Of a stretch of 64,000 bases of DNA, positions 9,201 to 18,529 are shown piece by piece. Source of the stretch: an uncultured Verrucomicrobia subdivision 3 bacterium (GTDB lineage: Bacteria > Verrucomicrobiota > Verrucomicrobiia > Limisphaerales > UBA11358); NCBI GenBank assembly GCA_903850425.1, contig CAINLR010000083.1:28444-92443 (forward strand). The letters are read 5' to 3'. The notes under the pieces are model-generated. The model was given only the letters and a program-made list of their open reading frames with translations, searched no databases and was not told where the DNA came from. The first letter of the stretch is position 1. The number at the start of each line of letters is the position of its first letter. Position numbers and translations under genes: made by a program.

Positions 9201-12200
9201 ATCCGGTTGCGGGTGACGCCGCTACAATGGGTGAACAACCCGCCCACTACTATCCGGCTGTCCGTCTGCACCGCAATGCTCAACACGGCGGCATCGGCAC
9301 CCAAGCCAGGATTAAAGGTGGTATCCGTCGAGCCATTCGCACTGTTCAAGCGGGCGATATGATTGAAGTAGGGGTTGCCATTGACACTGGTGAAGAGACC
9401 GCCGAGCAAAATCTGGCCGTCCAATTGGATTGTAATGGCGCGGACGGAATCATTGGCCGTCGCGTTGGTGAAGGTCAGGTCCACGGAACCATTCGCATTC
9501 AACCGCGCCACATGGTTGGCCGGAATGCCGTTCACCGCCGTAAAGTCGCCGCCGATCAGCAGCTTGCCGTCGCTTTGAACGGCCAGCGCATAGACCGTGC
9601 TGTTGGCACCCAGGCCACCGACATTGAACGTGGTGTCGGGCGTGCCGTCGTCATTCAAGCGGCCGATGCCGTTGACAATTTCGCCGTTGAGCAACGTGAA
9701 GTCGCCCGCAGCCAGAATCTTTCGATCGCTGCCAACAAAGGTTTCCGCCACGGCATACACCGGGTTGTCCGCGCCGGAACCCGGATTAAACAAACTGTCG
9801 AGTGAACCGTCATGATTCAGGCGGGCGATGCGGTTCATCACCACGCTGTTCAGGTTGGTGAAGTAGCCGCCCACGAGAATGCGCCCATCCGACTGGATGG
9901 CGATGGCCCGCACGGAACCATCCGCGCCCATGGTCGTAATCGGCAGGGAGAACGCCGCATCCAGCCCGCCATTCGCGTCCAGGCGCGCGAGGTGTTGACG
10001 GCGGACCCCGTTGGCCATCGTGAAATCACCACCCACCAACAACTGGTTGTCCGGCTGCAAGGCCAGGGCAAACACGGCGTCGTTGAAACCGGCAAAGTCA
10101 TTGTAAGTGACATCGGGCGAACCGGGCGTTTCATTCACGCCCTGCGGATCGCTCAACGTGGTATTGATAATGTTGAGCACGGCATTGCTCGGATTGCCCT
10201 GCGCATTCCACGGCGTGGCATTGCCCACGACCACGGCGTTGCTCAAAGAGAGATTCAAGGCGACCAGGCCATTGCTCGCTCCGGCCGCGATCGGCACGTT
10301 GAAATACTTGGTGACTTCCCCGTTGGTGAAGGTAAGCAAACCGGCGCTCGTGGTGTAGTTGACACCCGCCAGGGCCGTGTTGTCCACCGTGGTATAATTC
10401 ACCGCCACCGTGCCGGCATTACCACCGGAGCGCACGACCGGGATCAGTGCGAATCCGCCGTATTTCTTCACCGAGTAGGCCGCGCTGCTAAATTCCACCG
10501 TGCCGGGGAAGTCCGCGTTGACGATGTTCAAAACCGTATTGGTGCCGCCAAAGCCCAGCACCACGGCATTATTCGTGACTGAATTCAATACTCCGTTGGT
10601 CAGGCGCAGGTTCACAGTCAGATCCGGCGTGAACACGCCATCGTGCTTGACGGGGATGGACACGAACTTGGTGACGACTTCCCCGTTGGCCCAACTGATA
10701 TTAGTAGAGGTGCCGACATAGTTCAGTCCATTGGTGGCCGTGCCGTCGCTGGTGATCACCGTCACGCTCAGACTGCCTTGAGCCTGGCCGAGGCGGCTGA
10801 TGCCAATCAGCGCCGTCCCGTCGGTTTCATTGACGTTGTTGGTGCCTGACACGAAGCCAAGGTGGCCGTTTTTCCCATTGTTGTTGACGATGGTCAGCAC
10901 CGCATTGGTCAGGCCGAGCGTAGCTCCGCCCGCTGGTGTATAGATCCACAGATTGACCGTCTTGTCCGGCTGGGCGGTTGTGCCTTTGATTATCGGAATG
11001 GTAAACGTCTTGATGCTGTCGCTGTTCTGGAACGTCAGCGTGCCAGTCGCGTTGGTGTAGTCTATGCCATTAGTGGCGGAACCGTTGACGGTCACATAAC
11101 TCACCTGCACCACGCCGCCGGTGAAGTTGGTGCGAGTGATGGTGATGGTGGCGACGCCGCCATTCTGATTCACCACATACGTCGGCGCACTAAAGCTGAG
11201 GACACCCGGCTTGTAATTGTCGTCAATGATCGTCATCGCCGATGCATCCTGCCAGCCCAGCGCCGGTTCCAAGGGAATCTTTTCACCGCCGAGCAAGAAG
11301 CTCGATCCATCCGGTTTCGACACCGCCAGATTGGCGTTCTTATTGCCAGAGATATTGGTGGTGTTATTTATGTTAAGGTAAACATAAGGACTATTATTTG
11401 GCGGTAACCTGGTCGGAAGGGTCCGGTAGTTCGGACCATCGAAGGCCGGACTTATCATCCATTCATAGGACGGGCTTGCAGACCATAGAGTCGGCCAGAT
11501 CGGCGCCGTATAAACCGGCTGAATTGCGAAGTCATCCCCAGTGGCGATGCCTGGTCCGGGAGCCGCCGTGTTTGTGGAGAAAGTAACTGAAGCCGGCCCC
11601 AAGTTACCGTTGGTGCGCACCAGCGACACAAACAAGGTGCCGGCACTCTTGTCCACCGTGTATTTGTTGTAGGAAAGCGACATGTTGCCGGGGCCAGGCG
11701 TGCCGCCGCCGATCAGCCGCGCCACGTTGCTGCGCGGATGAATGTCTTTACGCGTAGACCCGCCGCCCACCCGGAGGAAGCCCCCGCCAATGATCACGTT
11801 CGTGGTGCCCGGTTCCACCGCAATGGCGTTCACAAAATTGCGGTGATTGCCTTGCGGATACAGCGCGGTATTCACCGCGTCCGGATTGTGATAGTGCGGA
11901 ATCAAGCCAGCAAACTGGTTATAGTAAGTATCCATGAAGCTGGTGTCCAAACTGCCATAGTCGAACAACCGCGCAATGCCCAGACGCCGGGTCTGGTTGT
12001 AAGTCGTGAAGTCGCCACCGATCAGTATCGTGCCATCCGGTTGCAAGGTGATGGCGGTGACCGAATCCGCTACAAACGTCACCGGATTGAAAGTGCCGGT
12101 GCCCGGATTGAAACTCGGATCCACCGAGCCATCTGCATTCAGGCGCAGGAGGCCGTTGTAACTGGCCAGTTCATAATAAGAAATCGCACCGCCGATGAGC

Positions 12201-15200
12201 AGTTTTCCATCATCCTGTAAAGCCATTGCAAAGATCGGATCCGTGAACCCGGTGTCCGCGTTGTAAGTGCCGATGCCGGGGTCAAACGCCGGGTCCACCG
12301 TGCCATCCACATTCAACCGCGCCACGCCGCCGCGCAATATGCCGGCCACATGCTCAAATTCGCCGCCAATGTTGACCCGGCCCAGCGGATCCACCACCAC
12401 AGAGTTCACGGTCGCCGCCACCACTTTTCCGTCCACTACTTTCGTGGGCCCAACGCCTGGATTGAAACTCAGATCCAGCGAACCGTCCGCATTCAACCGC
12501 GCGATGGAGTTGCAATTAGTCCCGTTGACCGACGTGAAATAGCCTGCGATGACCACCTGGCCATTGGTCTGGAGCGACATGGACCAGACCATCGCATTCG
12601 TGCCGCGCACGCCCAGGCCCGTGCCCAGCGTGCCATTCATGAAGGTGCCGTCCACCGAGCCATCCGTATTCAAGCGGGCCACGTGGTAGCGATTCGCCCC
12701 GTTGAAGGAGGTGAATTTACCAGCAATGAGAATTTTTCCATCCGGCTGCACCGCCAGGGCCGCGATGAAATCATTGGCCCCGCTGTTAGGTGCCGCCAGG
12801 AAAGTGGTGTCCTGATAACCATTCGCCAACAGCCGCACAATGCGGTTGTAGGGATTGGAATCAAAGGAGATGAAGCTGCCGGCCACAATGGCTTTGCCAT
12901 CGGGCTGTTCCGCCACGGCATACACCGTGCCACCATTACCCGTCGAACTGCCGCTGACACCGCCATCGGTGCCGGGGTAATTTAAGAAGGGCGGCACTGA
13001 TTCCGACACGACATCCTTGTTCCAGCAACGATCCACCGCGCCAGCAGGCTGCTGGGTGCAGGTGCGATCATCAAATAGTTCCGTCAGGGTGGCATAGTTG
13101 AGCAGACCAACTTCAACTCCGGGCGTCGTTCCACTCGGTTTAGGGAGGGGATTGAACAACTGAATCCACATGTCCGCATTATTCTCGACTAATCCGTTGT
13201 TTAATATCGGAATCGTAATGGATTTTGGATTGTAATCGTAGGCTCCCCACGACAAGGTGCCGGAAACCGGCGTGTAATCGCTATTGGGGTTGGCATAATC
13301 CGACCCAGCCTGCAGCGGGAAGGTGTTGGCCGGTCCAAAACCACCAGTGAACGTCGAAGGTGGATCCCCACCGCCATTCAAGCCCGGAGTTGGGTCCATA
13401 ACATAGTCCACCGTCACTGACGCAGTTGGATCGCCACCGATGCGATAGACACTGATGATCGCGACGCCGCCAGACTCATCCTTGTCCACCCGGAAGGTCG
13501 AACGTTCAAAACAGAACGTGCCGACCGATGCTGGTTGTTTATATGCGGAAGAACTCCCACTATACTGTGAAGCATAGGCGTTGATGCGGCTACTGTGGTC
13601 GCCGCTGATGGTGGGCGTGATCAAATCGGGGGTTTCCAAGTCATCCAACCGAATGTTCTGGAGTTTCACCGTGATCACGCTGGAGATGTAAGGCAGCACG
13701 TTGCCATCGGGGCTACGCACCTGACTCACCGGCACCAAGACGTCTTTACTCATTTCATAGTCATCAAAGAACAACGTATTGGAGACGACGCCGAAGGCAC
13801 CCGAAGCCGGGATGATCTGAAGCACCGGAACCGGGAGATAGCGGTAAACACTGGAAGCGGTAATGGTAATATTGCTGTTGGCATCCACCGAGTTGGTCAC
13901 ACCGAGCGAGAAGGTGCCAATGGGCGGCAGGTTAGTGGGCACTGGATCGAGGATGCCCAAGCCGGAACTAAAGCTGTTGTAGTTGGCGGCGTTGTTGCTG
14001 CTGGACCAGACAAAGTTGGTGCGGCCCAGCGACGACGTCGTGTAGAGTAATTGGTTCGTGATCAGCGCGCCGTTGGTGTAATACGAATTGGTGAGATTCA
14101 GAAAACTCACCACGAAGTTGGTCCGAAAGTAATTGGTGTAAAGCTGCGCCCCACCCAGGAGAAGCGAGGAGATGAAGGTATTGGAGCCGTAAAAATTAGT
14201 CACCGCTTCATGCACCCACAGATTGGTATAGTTACCATAAACGACTGAGTTATTGGTAAAACTCGTGCCGTTCCCACCCCCCGATCCGTATATATCATTC
14301 GTGGTCGCGTAGCTAAAGATGTTGTTGAGCGTGATATTGGTCGCGACCCCCGCAATCCGGTTCGTGACTCCGGTGAAATAATTGGTGAACGCCGGGAACT
14401 TGGTCGGGATCGGCGTGAGCGCGCCTTGCACCAAAGGAAAGGTCGTTCCGTAGAGCGTGTTGGAGGATATCTGGCCGTAGATAGTGGTAACAAAATTGGT
14501 GAGTGCCCCCCACACAGGATAGGTGACGTAGTTGCCATAAATAAACGACTGGAAATAGTTAGTATAGACGATGAAGTTCTCCGAAGTATTGGTCGTGGAA
14601 GTCACTCCGTTCGTGTCGGTAAAGGTAATGGACACATTCGTGCCATAGTAATTGGTCAGAAAGGTGTTGGTATAGGTCTCATTGACGGTATAGAAATCCA
14701 CCAGCACCCGGCCGCTGGACCCATTCGTGCGCGTGACCGTTACCCGCGCCCCGAGCACACTTTGACTGACAGTGCCCCCGTCCTGACTGATCGGCGCGCT
14801 GGAATCCAAATCGCTGACATAATAGGCGGCCGAAGTGAAGGTAAAGTCGCCCGAACGGATCGTCGGTGGGACAACTGTAGCCATGGTCCAATTCAGCAAA
14901 AAGTTACCGGTCGGAGGCGTCGCCCCCGCCCAACCTTCCACACAAAAATAATAGGTTGTGCCGGCGACCGCCGTGAACGTCAAAACACTCTGCGGTGCAT
15001 TGCCACCCGCAATGTCATCATCATTGACAGCCAAATTGGTCAAACTCCCACCACACAGGCCATTGGTGGTGGTCCAAACCGACAGCACCGTGTCAAAATC
15101 GCTACCCAGAGTATCCAAGGTTACGGTGCCGCTATCCGTGGCGGTCCAAGCATACCAGACGGAATTGGTGACGGAATCTGGTCCGTAGGTCGGATCTATC

Positions 15201-15433
15201 AGACTATTGGTCTCGCACGGCGCTTCCAAGGTGGAGCCCACGTTGCTGCCATTGGTCGTTCCCGACGCGCCAGTGATGATCGTGGCGCTGGCAAAGTTAT
15301 CGTTGACCGGCTGCGCCTGGGCGAGGCTGGCCACCAGTCCGATGCCCGCCACCAAGGCCAGCTTCACGCTGCCGGCAGTGAACACACGCCCGGCCAACGG
15401 CAGGCTCGCAAGTATATTTAGAATCGTTTTCAC
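6203..15433 (-). CDS. Giant (3076 aa) secreted adhesin-like protein: PPC-like N-terminal domain, about 12 Calx-beta repeats, two delta-60 (beta-propeller) repeat clusters, ending in half a P-domain
   Basis: Signal peptide ...SLAQA|QPVNDNF. Repeated F....Y.V...G...V.V.R..G..G...V.Y.T..GTA..G..Y....GTL.F..GE units. Repeated A.A.QPDGKILI.G.F...NG......ARLN.DGS.D..F units. Confidence 0.9.
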   Translation of the reverse strand: MKTILNILASLPLAGRVFTAGSVKLALVAGIGLVASLAQAQPVNDNFASATIITGASGTTNGSNVGSTLEAPCETNSLIDPTYGPDSVTNSVWYAWTATDSGTVTLDTLGSDFDTVLSVWTTTNGLCGGSLTNLAVNDDDIAGGNAPQSVLTFTAVAGTTYYFCVEGWAGATPPTGNFLLNWTMATVVPPTIRSGDFTFTSAAYYVSDLDSSAPISQDGGTVSQSVLGARVTVTRTNGSSGRVLVDFYTVNETYTNTFLTNYYGTNVSITFTDTNGVTSTTNTSENFIVYTNYFQSFIYGNYVTYPVWGALTNFVTTIYGQISSNTLYGTTFPLVQGALTPIPTKFPAFTNYFTGVTNRIAGVATNITLNNIFSYATTNDIYGSGGGNGTSFTNNSVVYGNYTNLWVHEAVTNFYGSNTFISSLLLGGAQLYTNYFRTNFVVSFLNLTNSYYTNGALITNQLLYTTSSLGRTNFVWSSSNNAANYNSFSSGLGILDPVPTNLPPIGTFSLGVTNSVDANSNITITASSVYRYLPVPVLQIIPASGAFGVVSNTLFFDDYEMSKDVLVPVSQVRSPDGNVLPYISSVITVKLQNIRLDDLETPDLITPTISGDHSSRINAYASQYSGSSSAYKQPASVGTFCFERSTFRVDKDESGGVAIISVYRIGGDPTASVTVDYVMDPTPGLNGGGDPPSTFTGGFGPANTFPLQAGSDYANPNSDYTPVSGTLSWGAYDYNPKSITIPILNNGLVENNADMWIQLFNPLPKPSGTTPGVEVGLLNYATLTELFDDRTCTQQPAGAVDRCWNKDVVSESVPPFLNYPGTDGGVSGSSTGNGGTVYAVAEQPDGKAIVAGSFISFDSNPYNRIVRLLANGYQDTTFLAAPNSGANDFIAALAVQPDGKILIAGKFTSFNGANRYHVARLNTDGSVDGTFMNGTLGTGLGVRGTNAMVWSMSLQTNGQVVIAGYFTSVNGTNCNSIARLNADGSLDLSFNPGVGPTKVVDGKVVAATVNSVVVDPLGRVNIGGEFEHVAGILRGGVARLNVDGTVDPAFDPGIGTYNADTGFTDPIFAMALQDDGKLLIGGAISYYELASYNGLLRLNADGSVDPSFNPGTGTFNPVTFVADSVTAITLQPDGTILIGGDFTTYNQTRRLGIARLFDYGSLDTSFMDTYYNQFAGLIPHYHNPDAVNTALYPQGNHRNFVNAIAVEPGTTNVIIGGGFLRVGGGSTRKDIHPRSNVARLIGGGTPGPGNMSLSYNKYTVDKSAGTLFVSLVRTNGNLGPASVTFSTNTAAPGPGIATGDDFAIQPVYTAPIWPTLWSASPSYEWMISPAFDGPNYRTLPTRLPPNNSPYVYLNINNTTNISGNKNANLAVSKPDGSSFLLGGEKIPLEPALGWQDASAMTIIDDNYKPGVLSFSAPTYVVNQNGGVATITITRTNFTGGVVQVSYVTVNGSATNGIDYTNATGTLTFQNSDSIKTFTIPIIKGTTAQPDKTVNLWIYTPAGGATLGLTNAVLTIVNNNGKNGHLGFVSGTNNVNETDGTALIGISRLGQAQGSLSVTVITSDGTATNGLNYVGTSTNISWANGEVVTKFVSIPVKHDGVFTPDLTVNLRLTNGVLNSVTNNAVVLGFGGTNTVLNIVNADFPGTVEFSSAAYSVKKYGGFALIPVVRSGGNAGTVAVNYTTVDNTALAGVNYTTSAGLLTFTNGEVTKYFNVPIAAGASNGLVALNLSLSNAVVVGNATPWNAQGNPSNAVLNIINTTLSDPQGVNETPGSPDVTYNDFAGFNDAVFALALQPDNQLLVGGDFTMANGVRRQHLARLDANGGLDAAFSLPITTMGADGSVRAIAIQSDGRILVGGYFTNLNSVVMNRIARLNHDGSLDSLFNPGSGADNPVYAVAETFVGSDRKILAAGDFTLLNGEIVNGIGRLNDDGTPDTTFNVGGLGANSTVYALAVQSDGKLLIGGDFTAVNGIPANHVARLNANGSVDLTFTNATANDSVRAITIQLDGQILLGGLFTSVNGNPYFNHIARLNSANGSTDTTFNPGLGADAAVLSIAVQTDSRIVVGGLFTHCSGVTRNRITRLNPDGTVDPTINFGVGADSFVGAVVVQEATITGYPTNVPNEKIIIGGGFTHYFGESHEHLARIYGGSIGGSGEFEFSSANYGANENGTNALITVNRTGGTSGTNANGLGNIYVAFATTDGTAKADTDHASVTNYFTVLTNLVFAAGEVQRTIVIPVQDDLVVNGDLTVNLALTPVAPGERGNQPTALLTITNVDSAISFSAATYLVTKYGANVPDGYAPITINRSGATYGTSTVVFNTTSNGTAVVGVDYQPVTNGVITFAPGSAVQTVMVPIINGISDGDRTVSLQLTNATGSMMNNPSNALLTILDRTQSKGSFELSATNYVVSEGGGIGSTNLTVTVLRTNGAAGIVSVGYATANGTAVAGAKYFSTNGVLSFADGEMVKTFQVQVLNTATVEPTSYFFVQLTNASLGTSIFNPSNATVTILNTNVGIVFSLATNTFNETLPFATLNVLRYNNTVGTTTINYSTTNGSAVAGVNFVASSGTLTFNDGASQSVILVPLLYSTNATGDLQFTVGLSNPTPGVQLGNPSITTVILQDNDAGLSFTTNSVSVLKNAGNLVVTVVCSNTNVEPVAVTYNTADGAATNHATAGADYVTTSGTLIFSNGVSTQTFTVPIINNGAVSGNHVFTVSLSNPTGTGRLVPPTVQTVTIIDSNSGIRFSGANYTVLKTGGAALISVYRSDFTNTTSTVDFVATNGTAISGLNFVATNGTLVFTNGQTVATFSVPIIATTTVQPDLTVLLELNNAVNGVLLSPSAAKLTIHDNTGSYVIAAGAQLLSETNAGAANGIIDPNETVTVLFGLRDAGGTNVNNLNATLLATNGVTPINPVTANYGTLVYAGHSVSRPFTFTASGTNNQQIAATFKLQDGANNIGTAIFGFTLGTWTKKFANTNAIIINDNTNATPYPALINVSGVGGSLVKATVTLTNLSHTAPADIGALVVGPNGSNTLIMANAGGTFTVSHVTLTFDDAAATNLPTAGQIISGTNKPSGNLPVKSFP

Positions 15434-15501
15434 AACATTTCTCCAGTTGCCCGCAACGTCACGCTGACGCAGGCTTTTGTTTCAAAAAATCTCATAACGG
15501 C

Positions 15502-18500
15502 TTAGAAGGGATACGTCAACCAGGGCACCACACTCACCCGGTAAAAGCGCTGGCCCGTAAAACTCACCGGGTCAGAAAAGGTCACCGCCGCGGGCGCCGA
15601 CGGATACGGCAGCAGCGAAGGAAAGTTCGTCAACACGGTCCAACTCGACGACAGCAGGTTGGTCTTGAACCAGACATAGTTGGTCGCGTTGGGAATCGTG
15701 GTCCATTGCAGTTGGGCCGTCAGCGGCGGCACCTTGGTAAAGGTCAGCGAAAATGCAATCTGACTCTGCAGGAAGAAGGGTGAGCTGGTGTCTTCCGAGT
15801 TCACGATGCCGTCGCCATCCGAGTCAATGTCGGAGCTTTGCGCCAGGGCGGCATTGACGGTGATGGTCTCACCCGACGGATAAGTGATGTTGGTGGAGCT
15901 ATAAGTGCCGGCATAAGTGGACACCCAGCGAAGATGGTCGTTATTACCATGGTTCAGCTTCTCTGCGATACTCGATCCATTCATCATGGCCTGCGCATAG
16001 TAGATCACCAGATTGTTGCTGAAGATCAGGGAGGTAGGATTGAATTGGTTGGCCAGGGTGCCGTTGGTGGCGTTATCCAAAAGCTGGAGATTATCCACAT
16101 AAATGGCATTGGTCACGCCCGCGCCGCCGGTGCCGGCAAAGTAGAAGCCCGTGTGCGGGGCCGGTCCCTGCGCGTCCAACAGCAACTGGCCGATGGCCGC
16201 GTTGTTGGTGAAACCTTGGGGGGAGTAGCCGCGATCCTGCCCGGCCCAGGTATGGGTGATCAGCGTGCCGCTGGGAGCGACAGAATAAATCGTGGTGTTG
16301 AGCAAATCGCCTTTGACGGGCTTGATGGGCAAGACCAATCCGGCCGCCGAGGTGAAACCGCCACCGCTGCCCGCCGTGGCGGAACCGAGGCTCCAAAAGT
16401 TGCCACTGAAAAAGTCCTGGTTGGGCCAGCCGAAGTTGAACGTGAACGGCATGTGATCGGTTAGCAGATTCGTGGCGTTGAGCGTGATAGATTTGCCCAC
16501 CGACAACGAGGTGGCCGCGATCGTGATCTTGTCGCTGGTGCTGCTAAACGCACCATTGGCACTGATGGTGCCGCCCGACAAGGTCGCGGTCTGTCCGGCC
16601 AGCGTGAAGGAACCGCCGCCGGAATAGAAGCTGCCGCTGTTCTCGAAATTATTGGCCACAATCGCGGTGCCGTTCCCGTTGATGATCGAGCCGGTGTTCA
16701 CGAAGGACAGGTAAGGCAAGGCCGCGCTGCCGAATTTGGTTAGGTTCATCGTGCTGATGGCGCCATCGTTGGTGAGGCAGCGCACCTTCGGCACACAGGT
16801 CGCCCAGAACATATTTGCCGTGAGCAGATTCAAGGTGCCCGACGGCGAGAGCGCGCCTTCACCGTTGGCGGTAATGGTCAGGTTGGTGCAGTTCAATGAA
16901 AGTGTATGGTAAACACTCAACGCATCGCTGATGACCACATTATTCGTCGCGTAGAGCACCACATCCTGCTGATACGACGGGGTCGTGGGTTCAAGCTGAC
17001 TCCCCACAATGACCACCCGGTAATCCAGCGTGATGCCGGAGTTGGTATCTGTATAAAACCAGCGGGTATTCCAAGCCTGCACTTCGCCGTTCCAGAACGG
17101 AGTGGACGATAGCAATAGATTGGTCAGCGTCATGCTCTGGTTGGTTTTGCCGAGATAGAGGTCGGCATAGGGCGCGGTAATTTCGGATTGGCCGTCGTAA
17201 TCAAAATTATTGGTGCTCTTGAGCAACACATAGTTCATGCCCGACATGCGGGTGAGCGTAAGGTTCAACTCTTTGTTCGCCGTGAACTCAAACCTTCCGG
17301 GAATGTTCGTCAAGGCGATGGCGTTGGTGGTAATGGTGGTGGCAATCAACTGGGCATCCATGTAGGAATAGATGTTGGTGTTGACGGGAAAATTTGCCGG
17401 AAAGGGCTGACCTGAATTAAAAATTGCCGGAAAGCTGCTCGGGACAGGCGTGCCCAAAGCGAGCGGCGAGGCGGTTTCCTGGAAAGTATAGTTGTTCGGC
17501 ACCCCCGAAACATATTTCAAAATGTTGGTGCTGGAACCTTGGATATAGTCGTTCGAAAGATAGAGATAGTTCGTGGCCATCGACCCGGTCACCGGATCAA
17601 GATAAGCGCCAATCCATTCAATCGTGGTAAATCCATTAAGACCCAGTCCACCACCACCCGTGTTATGATAGACATTGTAAGGCACATTGGTATTGCTGTT
17701 CTGGATGAACACCATGCGAATGACCCAGTTCGTCGGGTTACTCTTATCATCGACTGAAAAATACGACTTCGAGTTGTAAAGGGACAACTGAAAGAGGTTG
17801 CCCTTCATGATGCCGGACGTGGCTGTAGTGGCCGTCAGATCCTGATCCGGATACCAGTTGTTCGTGCTCGTGCCCGTCTCGCCAACGGCATAGATGTTGA
17901 CGGTGTTGGTCTGCCCTATGAAATTCACGAAGGAATTCTGCATCGAAAAATTGCCGGTGGTGAAATCCAGGTTTTCACCAATGAACCGCCCCAGACCATC
18001 CGAGCCGACGGTAATGGTGCCGGTATTGACGATGTTGGTGGCGTTGACATAAATGCCGCCGTAACCGCCGTAATAGACGCCGTTGATCAAACCCAGTTGT
18101 TGGTTGAGGAAAATGGAATTGAGGCCGCTGCCACAATTGATGTTGGCCGTGTTGTAAAAATTGCCCGCCTCGGCATGACCGCTGGTCTGCGTGTCAAACC
18201 GGAAGCCGGTGGAACTGAGCATCTCGCCATTGTTGGTGAAGTTCCGGGTATAGTGCCAGCCCGAGTAGAGACTGTTAATCCAACTTTGTGAAAGCACACC
18301 AGAAAAGTCCCAGCTAAAGGTGCCGCCGGCATCGTTGACAAAGTTGGTGGCGTTGATCGGCTGGAGCGTGTTCACCGGCAAGGTGGTGGTGTCCAGAAAG
18401 TCGCTGTTGTAAAAGGTGTCGTCAACGGCTTGGGCCGGCCCGGCGCACAAACACATCACGGCGGCGAGCGGCACGAACTTCAGCCACCGGCTCGGGCGAT

Positions 18501-18525
18501 TCAATGAGGGGAAAAGTGAGTCCAT
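15502..18525 (-). CDS. Large secreted Thr/Asn-rich protein of unknown function with a DSDGDG Ca-binding loop and an 'RFYR' C-terminal domain
   Basis: Signal peptide ...AGPAQA|V, DIDSDGDGIVNSED motif, C-terminus ...KTNLLSSSWTVLTN...VTFSDP...QRFYRV. Confidence 0.75.
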   Translation of the reverse strand: MDSLFPSLNRPSRWLKFVPLAAVMCLCAGPAQAVDDTFYNSDFLDTTTLPVNTLQPINATNFVNDAGGTFSWDFSGVLSQSWINSLYSGWHYTRNFTNNGEMLSSTGFRFDTQTSGHAEAGNFYNTANINCGSGLNSIFLNQQLGLINGVYYGGYGGIYVNATNIVNTGTITVGSDGLGRFIGENLDFTTGNFSMQNSFVNFIGQTNTVNIYAVGETGTSTNNWYPDQDLTATTATSGIMKGNLFQLSLYNSKSYFSVDDKSNPTNWVIRMVFIQNSNTNVPYNVYHNTGGGGLGLNGFTTIEWIGAYLDPVTGSMATNYLYLSNDYIQGSSTNILKYVSGVPNNYTFQETASPLALGTPVPSSFPAIFNSGQPFPANFPVNTNIYSYMDAQLIATTITTNAIALTNIPGRFEFTANKELNLTLTRMSGMNYVLLKSTNNFDYDGQSEITAPYADLYLGKTNQSMTLTNLLLSSTPFWNGEVQAWNTRWFYTDTNSGITLDYRVVIVGSQLEPTTPSYQQDVVLYATNNVVISDALSVYHTLSLNCTNLTITANGEGALSPSGTLNLLTANMFWATCVPKVRCLTNDGAISTMNLTKFGSAALPYLSFVNTGSIINGNGTAIVANNFENSGSFYSGGGSFTLAGQTATLSGGTISANGAFSSTSDKITIAATSLSVGKSITLNATNLLTDHMPFTFNFGWPNQDFFSGNFWSLGSATAGSGGGFTSAAGLVLPIKPVKGDLLNTTIYSVAPSGTLITHTWAGQDRGYSPQGFTNNAAIGQLLLDAQGPAPHTGFYFAGTGGAGVTNAIYVDNLQLLDNATNGTLANQFNPTSLIFSNNLVIYYAQAMMNGSSIAEKLNHGNNDHLRWVSTYAGTYSSTNITYPSGETITVNAALAQSSDIDSDGDGIVNSEDTSSPFFLQSQIAFSLTFTKVPPLTAQLQWTTIPNATNYVWFKTNLLSSSWTVLTNFPSLLPYPSAPAAVTFSDPVSFTGQRFYRVSVVPWLTYPF

Positions 18526-18529
18526 AACT

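Noticed and set aside
6872-9805. Long plus-strand ORFs opposite the giant gene (similarly 24281-25555, 30397-31812, 32221-33714, 45435-46619, 50022-51539, 54940-56124, 57788-59155, 60290-61729)
   Set aside because: Antisense shadows of high-GC coding sequence; no motifs, and each fully overlaps a well-supported gene.
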